Assembly: GCA_963726195.1 (NCBI GenBank)
Contig: CAVSBO010000005.1
Location: 96,001 to 160,000, forward strand
Source of the DNA: Candidatus Thorarchaeota archaeon
GTDB taxonomy: Archaea; Asgardarchaeota; Thorarchaeia; Thorarchaeales; Thorarchaeaceae
Length of the DNA: 64,000 nucleotides
Reading direction: 5' to 3'
Below, piece by piece: positions 10,628-19,327 of the stretch. Position 1 is the first letter of the stretch, and every line of letters begins with the position of its first letter. The position numbers and the translations under genes were made by a program. The notes under the pieces were generated by a model. The model saw only the letters and a program-made list of their open reading frames with translations, was not told the origin of the DNA and ran no database searches.

Positions 10628-12126
10628 TGTTTCAGCTTTTTACGCCCATCATCGATTTCATACGCGCCGTATTGGCTCCTCTCACACAGCAATTGCTTCT
10701 GTTCATTCCTGCCGATTGGATTGGATCGCTGCCCGCACTTACTCTCGTAGTGTTCGCGTTGCTCGCTCTAGCAGTGGGCATGCGATGGAACCCACTAGCG
10801 GTCAGCTTCGTAGGAGTCTTGGTGACCACAACTGAGATGGTTGTTTTCGCCCCGGTGCCCTCTTTCGGAGGTCTTTTCACCAGGGATGCATTCGCTGACT
10901 TCTTCATCTACATCATTCTGATTGTCGCTTTCCTTGTCCTGATGTCCTCTACGCTGCATGGTGGAGACCGTGGGCCGTACAACTTCCTGCTGCTCATGTC
11001 TTTCGCAGGAGCCATCTGGGTGGTCATGGCGACTGACCTCATTGCATTATTCATAGCATGGGAATTGATGTCCACTCCTACCTACGTTCTTGCAGCGCTT
11101 AGCCCGAATCACGGAGCCGTCGATGGAGCAACTAAATACTTCGTCATGGGCCTAATGGCAACTACACTCATGATATTCGGAATTGCTCTGGTGTACGGCG
11201 TCACGGGTGAGACCAGCTTGTCAGTGTTGTCGTCTACCGTAGCGGCAATTTGGAGTTCTGGTCCTGAACTTTCTCCCGCAGCGTACACCCTGATGCTTGC
11301 CATGATTCTGTTTGTGATTTCATTCGGATTCAAGGTCGGCATCTTCCCTGGCTGGATGTGGGTGCCGGATACCTACTCCACTGCTGACGGAAGCGTTACC
11401 TCGTACTTGGCGGGTGGAGCGAAGAAGGCCGGAGTCAGCGCACTGGTTAGGATACTGATGATTGCGTTCATTGTTGCGAGACTCAGCTGGACTCCTCTCA
11501 TAGTCGGAGTATCGATTCTGACGATGGTGATCGGAAACGTACTCGCTCTGGCACAGCGCAACATAATGCGAATGCTGGCGTATTCGAGTATTGCGATGAT
11601 GGGATACCTGCTGATAGGGCTCGCAGCAGGTACGGAACTCGGGCTGGCTGCGGCTTTCTTCCAAGCTTTCGTTCACGCCCTGATGAAGACAGGGGCTTTC
11701 ATCTTGATATGGACAATCTCAGTCCGTTTGGCCCGAGATGTAACATACGACGATCTGGCAGGATTGAGTCAGAGGGCTCCGCTAGCATCGGCGATGTTCG
11801 CAGTATTGATGCTTGCTCTTGCGGGGATGCCACTGACTGCCGGATTCTGGTCAAAACTAATCCTATTCCAGAGTGCGGTCGAAGTTGGGATGTGGTGGCT
11901 TGCGTTGATCGGGCTCCTGAACTCGGTGTTCTCTCTAGGCTACTACCTAAGGGTGCTCAAGTACTGTTATATGGTAGAGCCGAAGGACGGTGCACCATTG
12001 AAGCTGGCTAGGACCCCTGTCATAGCTGCTGTTCTATGCGTCGTAGGTGTTGTCGTGCTCTTCATCTACCCGGGAGCGGTGCTCGACTATGCAATCAGGG
12101 CTGCCGCCGGAATAGTTGTACCATAG
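10627..12126 (+). CDS. nuoN: Complex I-like subunit N
   Basis: WELMS, ATKYFVMG, FKVGIFPGWMWVPDTY, RMLAYSSIA, GMPLTAGFWSK; GTG overlaps the previous stop. Confidence 0.92.
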   Translation: MFQLFTPIIDFIRAVLAPLTQQLLLFIPADWIGSLPALTLVVFALLALAVGMRWNPLAVSFVGVLVTTTEMVVFAPVPSFGGLFTRDAFADFFIYIILIVAFLVLMSSTLHGGDRGPYNFLLLMSFAGAIWVVMATDLIALFIAWELMSTPTYVLAALSPNHGAVDGATKYFVMGLMATTLMIFGIALVYGVTGETSLSVLSSTVAAIWSSGPELSPAAYTLMLAMILFVISFGFKVGIFPGWMWVPDTYSTADGSVTSYLAGGAKKAGVSALVRILMIAFIVARLSWTPLIVGVSILTMVIGNVLALAQRNIMRMLAYSSIAMMGYLLIGLAAGTELGLAAAFFQAFVHALMKTGAFILIWTISVRLARDVTYDDLAGLSQRAPLASAMFAVLMLALAGMPLTAGFWSKLILFQSAVEVGMWWLALIGLLNSVFSLGYYLRVLKYCYMVEPKDGAPLKLARTPVIAAVLCVVGVVVLFIYPGAVLDYAIRAAAGIVVP

Positions 12127-12235
12127 ATGGCTTCACTCATGGTCAGAGCGCCGTACCGTATCCTATGCTGTCCTTCGGCATATTCTCTTCCCAGCCGCCA
12201 GAGAATTCATATGAAAGAGCAATGAATATGAAAAC

Positions 12236-12706
12236 GTGCGCTTGAAGACGCTGCGGCAGAAAGTAATCGCGGTCTCGTTGATTCTTGTCGTGGGAGTGGC
12301 AGCCTCTTTCTTCTCTTGGCACGCTCTTGGAAGCCCTCAATGGGTTGCCGAATGTGGTCGATACTGCTACGTCAGCGATGTGTACGGTGAGAACGGCAAC
12401 GAGCCATACACGGTGGAGTTCGCCGGTGCCAAGTTCATGTTCCTCTATTCAGAGTACACGGGATATCAAGTCTGGAATGGCACCACCGTATATCTCTGGG
12501 ACTTCCCGGACAGAGCTCACTTCAACATCGAGTTGTCAGGTTGGACCGCATACAATATCACAATTGATGTGGGTGGCTACGTGCCTATCTCCCCTTCTGC
12601 TCCTCTAAGGCTATCCATCGTTGAACACGATGGAAGATTCGTGGGTGTGGCTACAGCGGACACCTACTCGCTCTGGGGCAAGTGGGTTTTCTTGGTCTCA
12701 GTCTGA
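12236..12706 (+). CDS. Hypothetical secreted or membrane-anchored protein
   Basis: Basic N-terminus plus hydrophobic helix, beta-rich remainder. Confidence 0.65.
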   Translation: MRLKTLRQKVIAVSLILVVGVAASFFSWHALGSPQWVAECGRYCYVSDVYGENGNEPYTVEFAGAKFMFLYSEYTGYQVWNGTTVYLWDFPDRAHFNIELSGWTAYNITIDVGGYVPISPSAPLRLSIVEHDGRFVGVATADTYSLWGKWVFLVSV

Positions 12707-12807
12707 TATGCCCGAAGTCTCTACTAGCAAACGATAAATGAAATATCCTCGCCTTGTCGCGTGGCCCGACAAAGTTCGGGTTCAAAGTAAGAGACGGTGT
12801 GAAACTT

Positions 12808-13254
12808 ATGGGATTTCTCAGCAGGCTTCAGGCGCCGAAGGCGAGCCTAGCAGTGATGCTAGACAAATCAACATATAGTAATAGAGAGCCGCTCTCGGGC
12901 AAGCTTGACATCTCGTCCTCGGAAGAGTTCGATGCGGACGAAATACGTATTGAGTTCTGGGTAAATGAATGGACCAAAGCTACTCAGCAGAAAACTGTCG
13001 GCCAGCAGACCACTTCTGTGACCGCCGAACAGACCACTGCGCTCCATAGGGGCAAGCTGACGGTATCTGGGGGAAGGCACTTCACAGTTGGCTACCGGGA
13101 TACGATTCCGTTCAGTCTACCATTGCCATCAAACGTGCCGCCGACGTACCGTGGTCAGAATGCCCGCAACAGCTGGATGATAAAGGCAGTGCTCGGTGTG
13201 AAGGGCCGGCCTGACGTAGAGACCCGCGAAATGGAAGTCGTCATCACCTACTAA
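12808..13254 (+). CDS. Arrestin N-domain/SpoOM-like beta-sandwich protein
   Basis: LDKSTY...LSGKL...IRIEF and IPFSLPLPSNVPPTYRG...WMIKAVL, matching the arrestin_N pattern PF.F.LP..LP.S..G....Y..KA. Confidence 0.75.
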   Translation: MGFLSRLQAPKASLAVMLDKSTYSNREPLSGKLDISSSEEFDADEIRIEFWVNEWTKATQQKTVGQQTTSVTAEQTTALHRGKLTVSGGRHFTVGYRDTIPFSLPLPSNVPPTYRGQNARNSWMIKAVLGVKGRPDVETREMEVVITY

Positions 13255-13440
13255 GCATGTTGTCCCGCAGTCCTAGCCTGTTGAGGATGGCTATCGGCTA
13301 GGCCTGCGATCCATCATGGGGCAGTTTCGGACTCTGTGTTCGAAATCGGGAAGTTCGGGATGTGTTCGCTGCATCCTTTGCCTGCCATGCCTCGTCATCC
13401 AGAAGTTGGCCGTGGCGAAGTACTTCACACTGCTCTATCT

Positions 13441-14769
13441 TTATCCGATCCTTCGTTCGCGTCTCTTCAGAAAGAGTTCTGTAGCTGCTACCACGGCAAC
13501 AACCATTATTCCTGCTGCCAGGATTAACGACGGCCAAGGTACGCCTTGCGTCACCTGTGAAATCTCAAAGATGCTCACATAAGCCTGCCACTTCTTTTCT
13601 TCCTCCCACGTTGTCACATTCACCGTGTCTACATCGTAGGACACGTACAGCAGGCCCCCATGAAGTATCACCCACGGTCTTCCACCCTTCTTGTCACCCC
13701 CGTAGGTGAAATTCGTGATCGTTGCATCGTGCAAGAGGTTCCAATTGCGATCGAATGTCGCAAGGTGCACGTTCGGGTAGACCGGAAAGAAGGCTGAACC
13801 GTTTCTTTTGCTGGTATCCAAGTAAGCGACATAGAAATGTGCTCCGTCAAAAGCCATCCCTTGTGACCAATGGGCTTTTGGTATCAGGCTCTTGTTGCCA
13901 AGGAAGTTCCACTGACCATCATACTTCATCAAAGTCAAACCACCGGAATAGAAGTCGGCCGACACGAAATAGTAAATGCCATCAACATAGATGATGGAAG
14001 ACCCGTCAATATGCGGACTGTCATCAAGCGTGATATTTCCTAGCGGCTGGAGGTCGGCTGTAAAGAAGTGATGGCGACTCGAAAACCCCTCTTGCCAGAT
14101 TCCTGAAGGGTTATACTGGTTGCTGACATCGAGCTGCCCGTTAACGTATGCAACCATGGGATCGGTGTTTCCCTCAATCGAATCATTGTTTCCCGGAAGT
14201 GGCTTCGGAAGGATGACGTAAATCTCTTTTAGTCTCGACCAATTCGCGGCATCGTACTTGACTATTCGCCAGCCATAAGGGTCCCCCGCGTTCTGGGATA
14301 CAAAGACGTAGTAGTAAGTGGAGTTCACCATGAATGAACCTGAATCGCCTGCCTCACTCGCGTTCGGGTACCATTCTAGAAGACCACTCTTGCCCGTCTC
14401 CTGCATATTGAGGTTGTATTCCTTGTAGGCGTATCCAGCACCGAGAGTTACGTTTGTTACCGTACTCGCCTTCGTTCCAAATGAAACAACAAAACGGTCG
14501 GTTGCAGGAACATAATTGATGCGGGGGAAGCTGCCTGTTAGGAATTGGCCATCTGGCGTTACTTGAACAGTCTGTATGAACCTGATGGGCGGCTCTTGAG
14601 CCAGCACAGGTGTGGGTGCAGAGAAGAGACACTGTGTCAAAAGCAACGACGCCAACACGATAAGTGATAGCAGCAGTGTACTCACTTTTCTCTGATTTGG
14701 CACTATGTGATTGTGCGATAGCTGCTTACTAGCTCGTTCCCGCTCAGCCCTCTCCGAATCCTTGACCAT
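13441..14769 (-). CDS. Cell-surface protein with signal peptide and C-terminal TM anchor, possibly beta-propeller
   Basis: N-terminal hydrophobic signal, 10 N-x-S/T sequons, C-terminal TM followed by KRRERR. Confidence 0.75.
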   Translation of the reverse strand: MVKDSERAERERASKQLSHNHIVPNQRKVSTLLLSLIVLASLLLTQCLFSAPTPVLAQEPPIRFIQTVQVTPDGQFLTGSFPRINYVPATDRFVVSFGTKASTVTNVTLGAGYAYKEYNLNMQETGKSGLLEWYPNASEAGDSGSFMVNSTYYYVFVSQNAGDPYGWRIVKYDAANWSRLKEIYVILPKPLPGNNDSIEGNTDPMVAYVNGQLDVSNQYNPSGIWQEGFSSRHHFFTADLQPLGNITLDDSPHIDGSSIIYVDGIYYFVSADFYSGGLTLMKYDGQWNFLGNKSLIPKAHWSQGMAFDGAHFYVAYLDTSKRNGSAFFPVYPNVHLATFDRNWNLLHDATITNFTYGGDKKGGRPWVILHGGLLYVSYDVDTVNVTTWEEEKKWQAYVSIFEISQVTQGVPWPSLILAAGIMVVAVVAATELFLKRRERRIG

Positions 14770-14962
14770 CGTTTTCTACCCCAATGTCATCTTCCATCTG
14801 GACCAAGAATGCTTTCCAAGCTTATAAGATGCCCCTGGGCTCGCGCTGCCAGCCGATGAGGAACCGGTGTCTGTACCGAATCAGGTCATTGCTTCTAAGG
14901 CTGCTCTTATAATGTAGAATCTGCTCTTGCCCGGCCTGACGGATTAGCAGCGGCGCATAGAA

Positions 14963-15595
14963 ATGGGATGGCTGGATAAGTTCGCCAAAGGGCTCGACAA
15001 GTTTGCAGGCAAGTCGATGAAAGCAAAGGTCATGAAAGCTGTTTCAGATGCTTCCGCTGAGAAAAGCGCGGAGCAGATTACAGAGTGGCTCATCGCCGCT
15101 ATCGATAGGATGGATACCTTCGTACCAGACAATGAGACGCGCCGAAGCATCATGCTATGTTGTTCCGAGACATTCCCCCAGAAGAGAATCCAGAAGGTTC
15201 GCGCCGAGTACGAACGAACAGGTGACCTAGACGCGCTCATCAAGTGGATGGAGCAAGATAGTTCGTGGAAGGGACTCCCGTTCTACGAGTATCCAAAACG
15301 CGAAGGCAACGTCATCTATGTCACCAAGATCCCACACGACCCGAAAGGCTTTCAAGAAGCCAAAGACGCCGCACACAAGCGTGCATCATACTGCCATTGT
15401 GCCTTGATTCGCCCCGCAATACTGAATGGAACTCCGGTCTCTTCGACATTCTGCCTGTGTGGATCCGGCTGGTACAAGTCTCTCTGGGAGGGAGTATTGG
15501 GCAAACCAGTGCGAGTCGAAATCGTGGAGGCCGTTGGTCAGGGAGCGGAACGCTGCACTTTCGCCATTCACCTTCCCCTCGACACTGACCGGTAG
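14963..15595 (+). CDS. Cys-rich protein resembling DUF6144/V4R-like folds
   Basis: CC, YCHC, FCLCGSGW and VEIVEAVGQGAERCTFAI motifs. Confidence 0.6.
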   Translation: MGWLDKFAKGLDKFAGKSMKAKVMKAVSDASAEKSAEQITEWLIAAIDRMDTFVPDNETRRSIMLCCSETFPQKRIQKVRAEYERTGDLDALIKWMEQDSSWKGLPFYEYPKREGNVIYVTKIPHDPKGFQEAKDAAHKRASYCHCALIRPAILNGTPVSSTFCLCGSGWYKSLWEGVLGKPVRVEIVEAVGQGAERCTFAIHLPLDTDR

Positions 15596-15731
15596 CGTTT
15601 GTTCAATAATACGTCAAGAACCTAGGCCAGCACAAGATGTTTCAATCTCGTCACTCACGCAACACAACGAAAGCATTCTCTTCGTTGCTTTCATCATAGT
15701 TTGTGATACCCTAAGATAATACAATAGGTCC

Positions 15732-16193
15732 ATGGTTAACCGAAACAATGATAAGAAAGCTGAAGGAGACGTTATTGGAAAGCTTGGAAGCGTGGTTAAC
15801 ATGCCAGGGGAAATATCAAAATCAGCGAAGTACATCTTCTTGCTATATTTCATTGTGACAATTGTCTTCGGGGCCTTTTGGTTCCTACTACCAGCGTACT
15901 GGAACACTCTCACCGGGTGGCCATCAGAGATAGCCTCAGGCCGGATAGTGGGGGCGGCGATAATTGTAATGGCAATCGGCGCGCTTCTTGCCTATCGTGC
16001 AACTTCTTGGCAGCAGGTCGAGATATTCGTTATGATGGGAATCATGTTCGGCATTCTCGGTGTTCTCGGACTGCTCTGGGACATTCTGGCACCTCCGCCA
16101 GTACTCCCCATGATTGCTTGGTTGCTTGTGGGACTACAATTACTGCTTTGGCTACTGTTACTCTATGTCTACTTCAAGGGAAGGAAGTCCTAG
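15732..16193 (+). CDS. Four-TM hypothetical membrane protein
   Basis: Four hydrophobic segments. Confidence 0.7.
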   Translation: MVNRNNDKKAEGDVIGKLGSVVNMPGEISKSAKYIFLLYFIVTIVFGAFWFLLPAYWNTLTGWPSEIASGRIVGAAIIVMAIGALLAYRATSWQQVEIFVMMGIMFGILGVLGLLWDILAPPPVLPMIAWLLVGLQLLLWLLLLYVYFKGRKS

Positions 16194-16386
16194 AAAGTCC
16201 GGAATCACCCGCGAAAGTCGGGAGCCTGCCGAGCAACACATGGCTGTGCTGACATGTAATCCCGACATCGAGTTCAGAATAGTACACGGCCCCGCATGAG
16301 ATGGTTTGTCGACGGGACCGTTGTATTTCTTCTACTCTGGAATCACAGAGGTTTTTATCAACGTCGAGCTAGAGTTCCCCGTTACT

Positions 16387-16680
16387 ATGACCAAGTATTT
16401 CGTCTATGTGATTGAGACCGAGGACCACAACTACTATACGGGCCAGACAAACGACCCCTTGAGACGTTTCAAGGAGCACGTGGCACGAAAGTCGCACTCG
16501 GCATCGTACTTCCGGATGCATCCTCCAAAGTACTTGGTCTATCTTGAGGAAGTTGACAGCCGGACCAAAGCGTTGCGTCGTGAGCGTCAAATCAAACTGC
16601 ACCGACGGCTCAAGATGAGCCTGATAGGTAGTCGTCGTGATTTGCTTGAAGTGATAGACTCCGAAGCCAGCTACAAGTGA
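16387..16680 (+). CDS. GIY-YIG nuclease (UPF0213-like)
   Basis: YFVYVI...YYTGQTNDPLRRFKEH...ALRRERQIK. Confidence 0.88.
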   Translation: MTKYFVYVIETEDHNYYTGQTNDPLRRFKEHVARKSHSASYFRMHPPKYLVYLEEVDSRTKALRRERQIKLHRRLKMSLIGSRRDLLEVIDSEASYK

Positions 16681-16689
16681 TTCTCTAAG
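16645..16689 (+). repeat. Direct repeat copy 1 (45 bp, 3' end of the GIY-YIG gene)
   Basis: CTTGAAGTGATAGACTCCGAAGCCAGCTACAAGTGATTCTCTAAG; 42/45 identical to 17655-17699. Confidence 0.92.
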
Positions 16690-16796
16690 ATTTCCGATGG
16701 ATGCCGAGATATCCAACCGGTTCATGTCTGTCTTCGGTCCAGAGCTCAAGCAATTCTCTTAATCAAATCGTCAGGGCAGTCGTTCAAAGAGCAATG

Positions 16797-16829
16797 CTTA
16801 AGTACAGAGGTATATACGTATATACGTAT
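16797..16829 (+). promoter_or_regulatory. TA promoter with palindromic operator
   Basis: TATA-like CTTAAGTA at 16797, then perfect 16-bp palindromes GTATATACGTATATAC (16810-16825) and ATACGTATATACGTAT (16814-16829) abutting the ATG. Confidence 0.65.
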
Positions 16830-17115
16830 GGCTGAAACGGTCAGGAATAGATCTCTTCAAGAGAAAGCCAAGATAACCCTGAGTCTTGACAAGAGTCTTG
16901 TCGAAAGGATTAGATCCGAGCTGTCAAGTGGAGAAACTCTAAGCGGCGCGGTAGAGGTTTCACTGGCGAATATGTCCTCTGAGATGTTCCTTGAGAGAGT
17001 CGGTTTTGCACTTCAACTGAAGAAGGAGGTTCAATCTACCAGAGAGATTCTGGCAATGAGAAAACCGGGTCTCAAGGCTGAGGAAGTCGTCCGTGAGATC
17101 AGAGATGAGGCATAA
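16828..17115 (+). CDS. Putative antitoxin (VapB-type, RHH-like N-terminus)
   Basis: KITLSLDKSLVERI; C-terminal AEEVVREIRDE; directly upstream of the PIN gene. Confidence 0.75.
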   Translation: MAETVRNRSLQEKAKITLSLDKSLVERIRSELSSGETLSGAVEVSLANMSSEMFLERVGFALQLKKEVQSTREILAMRKPGLKAEEVVREIRDEA

Positions 17116-17554
17116 ATGACAGAGAAGGTCTATCTTGACACGAGCGCCCTTGTAAAGCGTTATCTGGAGGAGGAGGGGTCAGAGAAGGTAGATTCTCTCT
17201 TCAATGAGAGCTACGATAAGAGCGTTGTCTTAGTGATCTCACAATGGAACATAGGGGAGGCCGCCGTCGTCTTCGACAAGTACCAGAACAGAAAGGTGAT
17301 TCGCGATGCCCGTCAACCTTTCCAGTCGCTGTATAATGAGGCAAGTCTCCTCAGCTGGGCTCGGACAGTTGGAGGCAGTGCCTGTACTTGGAGAAATCAT
17401 TGCCGGAAGTATCCCATTGATTCTTGCGTACCATGTCTATTTGGCAGATGCGATTCAGGTTGAGACATGCAGACAGCAAAGGTGTGGTGTTTTTGTTTCA
17501 TTTGATGACAGACTGAATAAGGTGGCACAACAAGAGGGCATGAAGCTAGCCTAG
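17116..17554 (+). CDS. vapC: PIN-domain toxin with an apparent 1-bp insertion near 17352
   Basis: VYLDTSALVKRYLEEEGS in the first ORF; YLADAIQV...FVSFDDRLNKVA in the second; joined at TCAGCT. Confidence 0.87.
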
Positions 17555-17654
17555 GAACGCAAATCCAACCACTGCCAGGGATATGTAAGATTCTGAGTGC
17601 GGACCGGTCACAAAGTGCAAAACCTCGCGCAGCATGCCCAAGTATTCTAGCGCA

Positions 17655-17699
17655 CTTGAAGTGATAGACTCCGAAGCCAGCAACAAGTGACTCTCGAAG
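17655..17699 (+). repeat. Direct repeat copy 2
   Basis: CTTGAAGTGATAGACTCCGAAGCCAGCAACAAGTGACTCTCGAAG, exactly 1010 bp after copy 1. Confidence 0.92.
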
Positions 17700-17744
17700 C
17701 TTTCATATCCCCCGCAATTCTGCTAGCCTGCTAGGTAGAGGCAG

Positions 17745-19317
17745 ATGACACAGCTGAGTCGCGGCAATAGATGCAGGGACTTCGGGCGTTCGCTCAATGC
17801 TGTTCAACACGGACGGCACGGTCGTGTCCAAGGCATACGAGGAATTCAGTAGCTACTATCCTAGTCCTTCTTGGGTTCAGCAAGATGCTGCTGATTGGTG
17901 GGCAGCGGCTGGAAAAACCATGGAACAGAGTCTCAAGGAAGCGCATGCCACTGGGAGTGACATCATCAGCGTGAGCGTGACAAACCAGCGTGAGACCATC
18001 GTCCCTATTGACAAAACAGGTGCTCCTCTTCGCCGTGCCATTGTCTGGCAAGACCGGAGAACGGTTCCACAGTGTGAATGGATCAAGAGACAGATCCCAC
18101 CGGACGAGGTATATTCAATCACGGGTCTCACAATCGACCCATACTTCTCTGCACCGAAGATTCTCTGGGTGAAGGAAAAGGAGCCGAAAACGTTCAAGGC
18201 AGCCTTCAAGTTCCTTCTTGTCCATGACTTCATCATCTACAAACTCACCGGTAGGACTGTCACAGACTTCTCCAACGCAAGCCGAACTATGCTATTCGAC
18301 TTGAGGCAAGCCAACTGGTCCGACAGGCTTCTTCGCGAATTCGGGATTCCCAAAGAGAAGCTGCCAGACCCCGTTGCACCCGGAACGCTTGTGGGCGAGG
18401 TGACTTCTGAGGCTGCAAAGTTGATCCATCTGAAGCAAGGTACCCCTGTTGTTGCGGGTGGCGGTGATCAGCAGTGTGCTGCTCTTGGTGTTGGAGTCGT
18501 AAGGCCGGGTTCAATCAAAACAACAACAGGAACCGGGACATTCATGCTCGCATATTCCGAGACACCAAGACTCGATTCAAAAAGACGGGTCTTGTGCAGT
18601 CGTCATGTGGTTCCTGATGCCTTCGTCGTAGAGGCAAGCATGTTCACGACCGGTTCAGCTCTTCGATGGTTCCGTGATAATCTTGGCAGTGAGGAATGCG
18701 CAGTAGCGACCAGGCGTGGAGTAGACCCCTATGATGTCATCACAGAGAGGGCAAGTAAGATACCACCGGGCTCGGAAGGGGTCGTCCACATTCCACATCT
18801 TGCAGGTGCGGGTGCTCCTTACTGGAATCCCAATGCACGAGGGGTCTTCGCAGGTCTCGCCTTGGGTCATACGAGAGAGCATCTGATGCGTGCAATACTT
18901 GAGGGCGTGTGCTACGACATACGTACGAATCTTGAGGTAATGCGAGAGCTGGGACTAGCTGCTTCGGAGGTACGTGTCGCTGGAGGAGCAGCACGTAGTG
19001 AGGTCTGGATGCAGATTCAAGCCGACGTCTTGGGTGTGCCGGTCATTCGGACATCAATGGAGGAAGCCACTGCCCTCGGCGCCGCAATACTGGCGTGCAA
19101 GGGCATAGGCGTATTCTCTTCAGTCGCCGACGCAGCAGAGCAGATGGTTCGTCCTCTACCCCCGCTTCAGCCTTCGCCCAACAATCGTGCCGTCTATGAC
19201 CACGGTTTTGAGAGATACAAGAAACTATATGCCCGCTCTCTCGGGATTTACGTGGGACTCCGTGTAGGCACTTGCCTAGACGAGCTGAAGACGTCCCCCA
19301 AGTCAGACCCGTTCTGA
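17745..19317 (+). CDS. FGGY-family carbohydrate kinase (xylulokinase-like); insertion near 17756; true stop may be 19267
   Basis: AAIDAGTSGVRS lies upstream of the ORF-track start; TNQRET, VWQDRR, DFSNASRT, GGGDQQ, GGAARS. Confidence 0.9.
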
Positions 19318-19327
19318 AGGCCCCAGT

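Noticed and set aside
16645-17699. CRISPR repeat pair
   Set aside because: Only two copies, 1 kb apart, with genes between them and no cas genes
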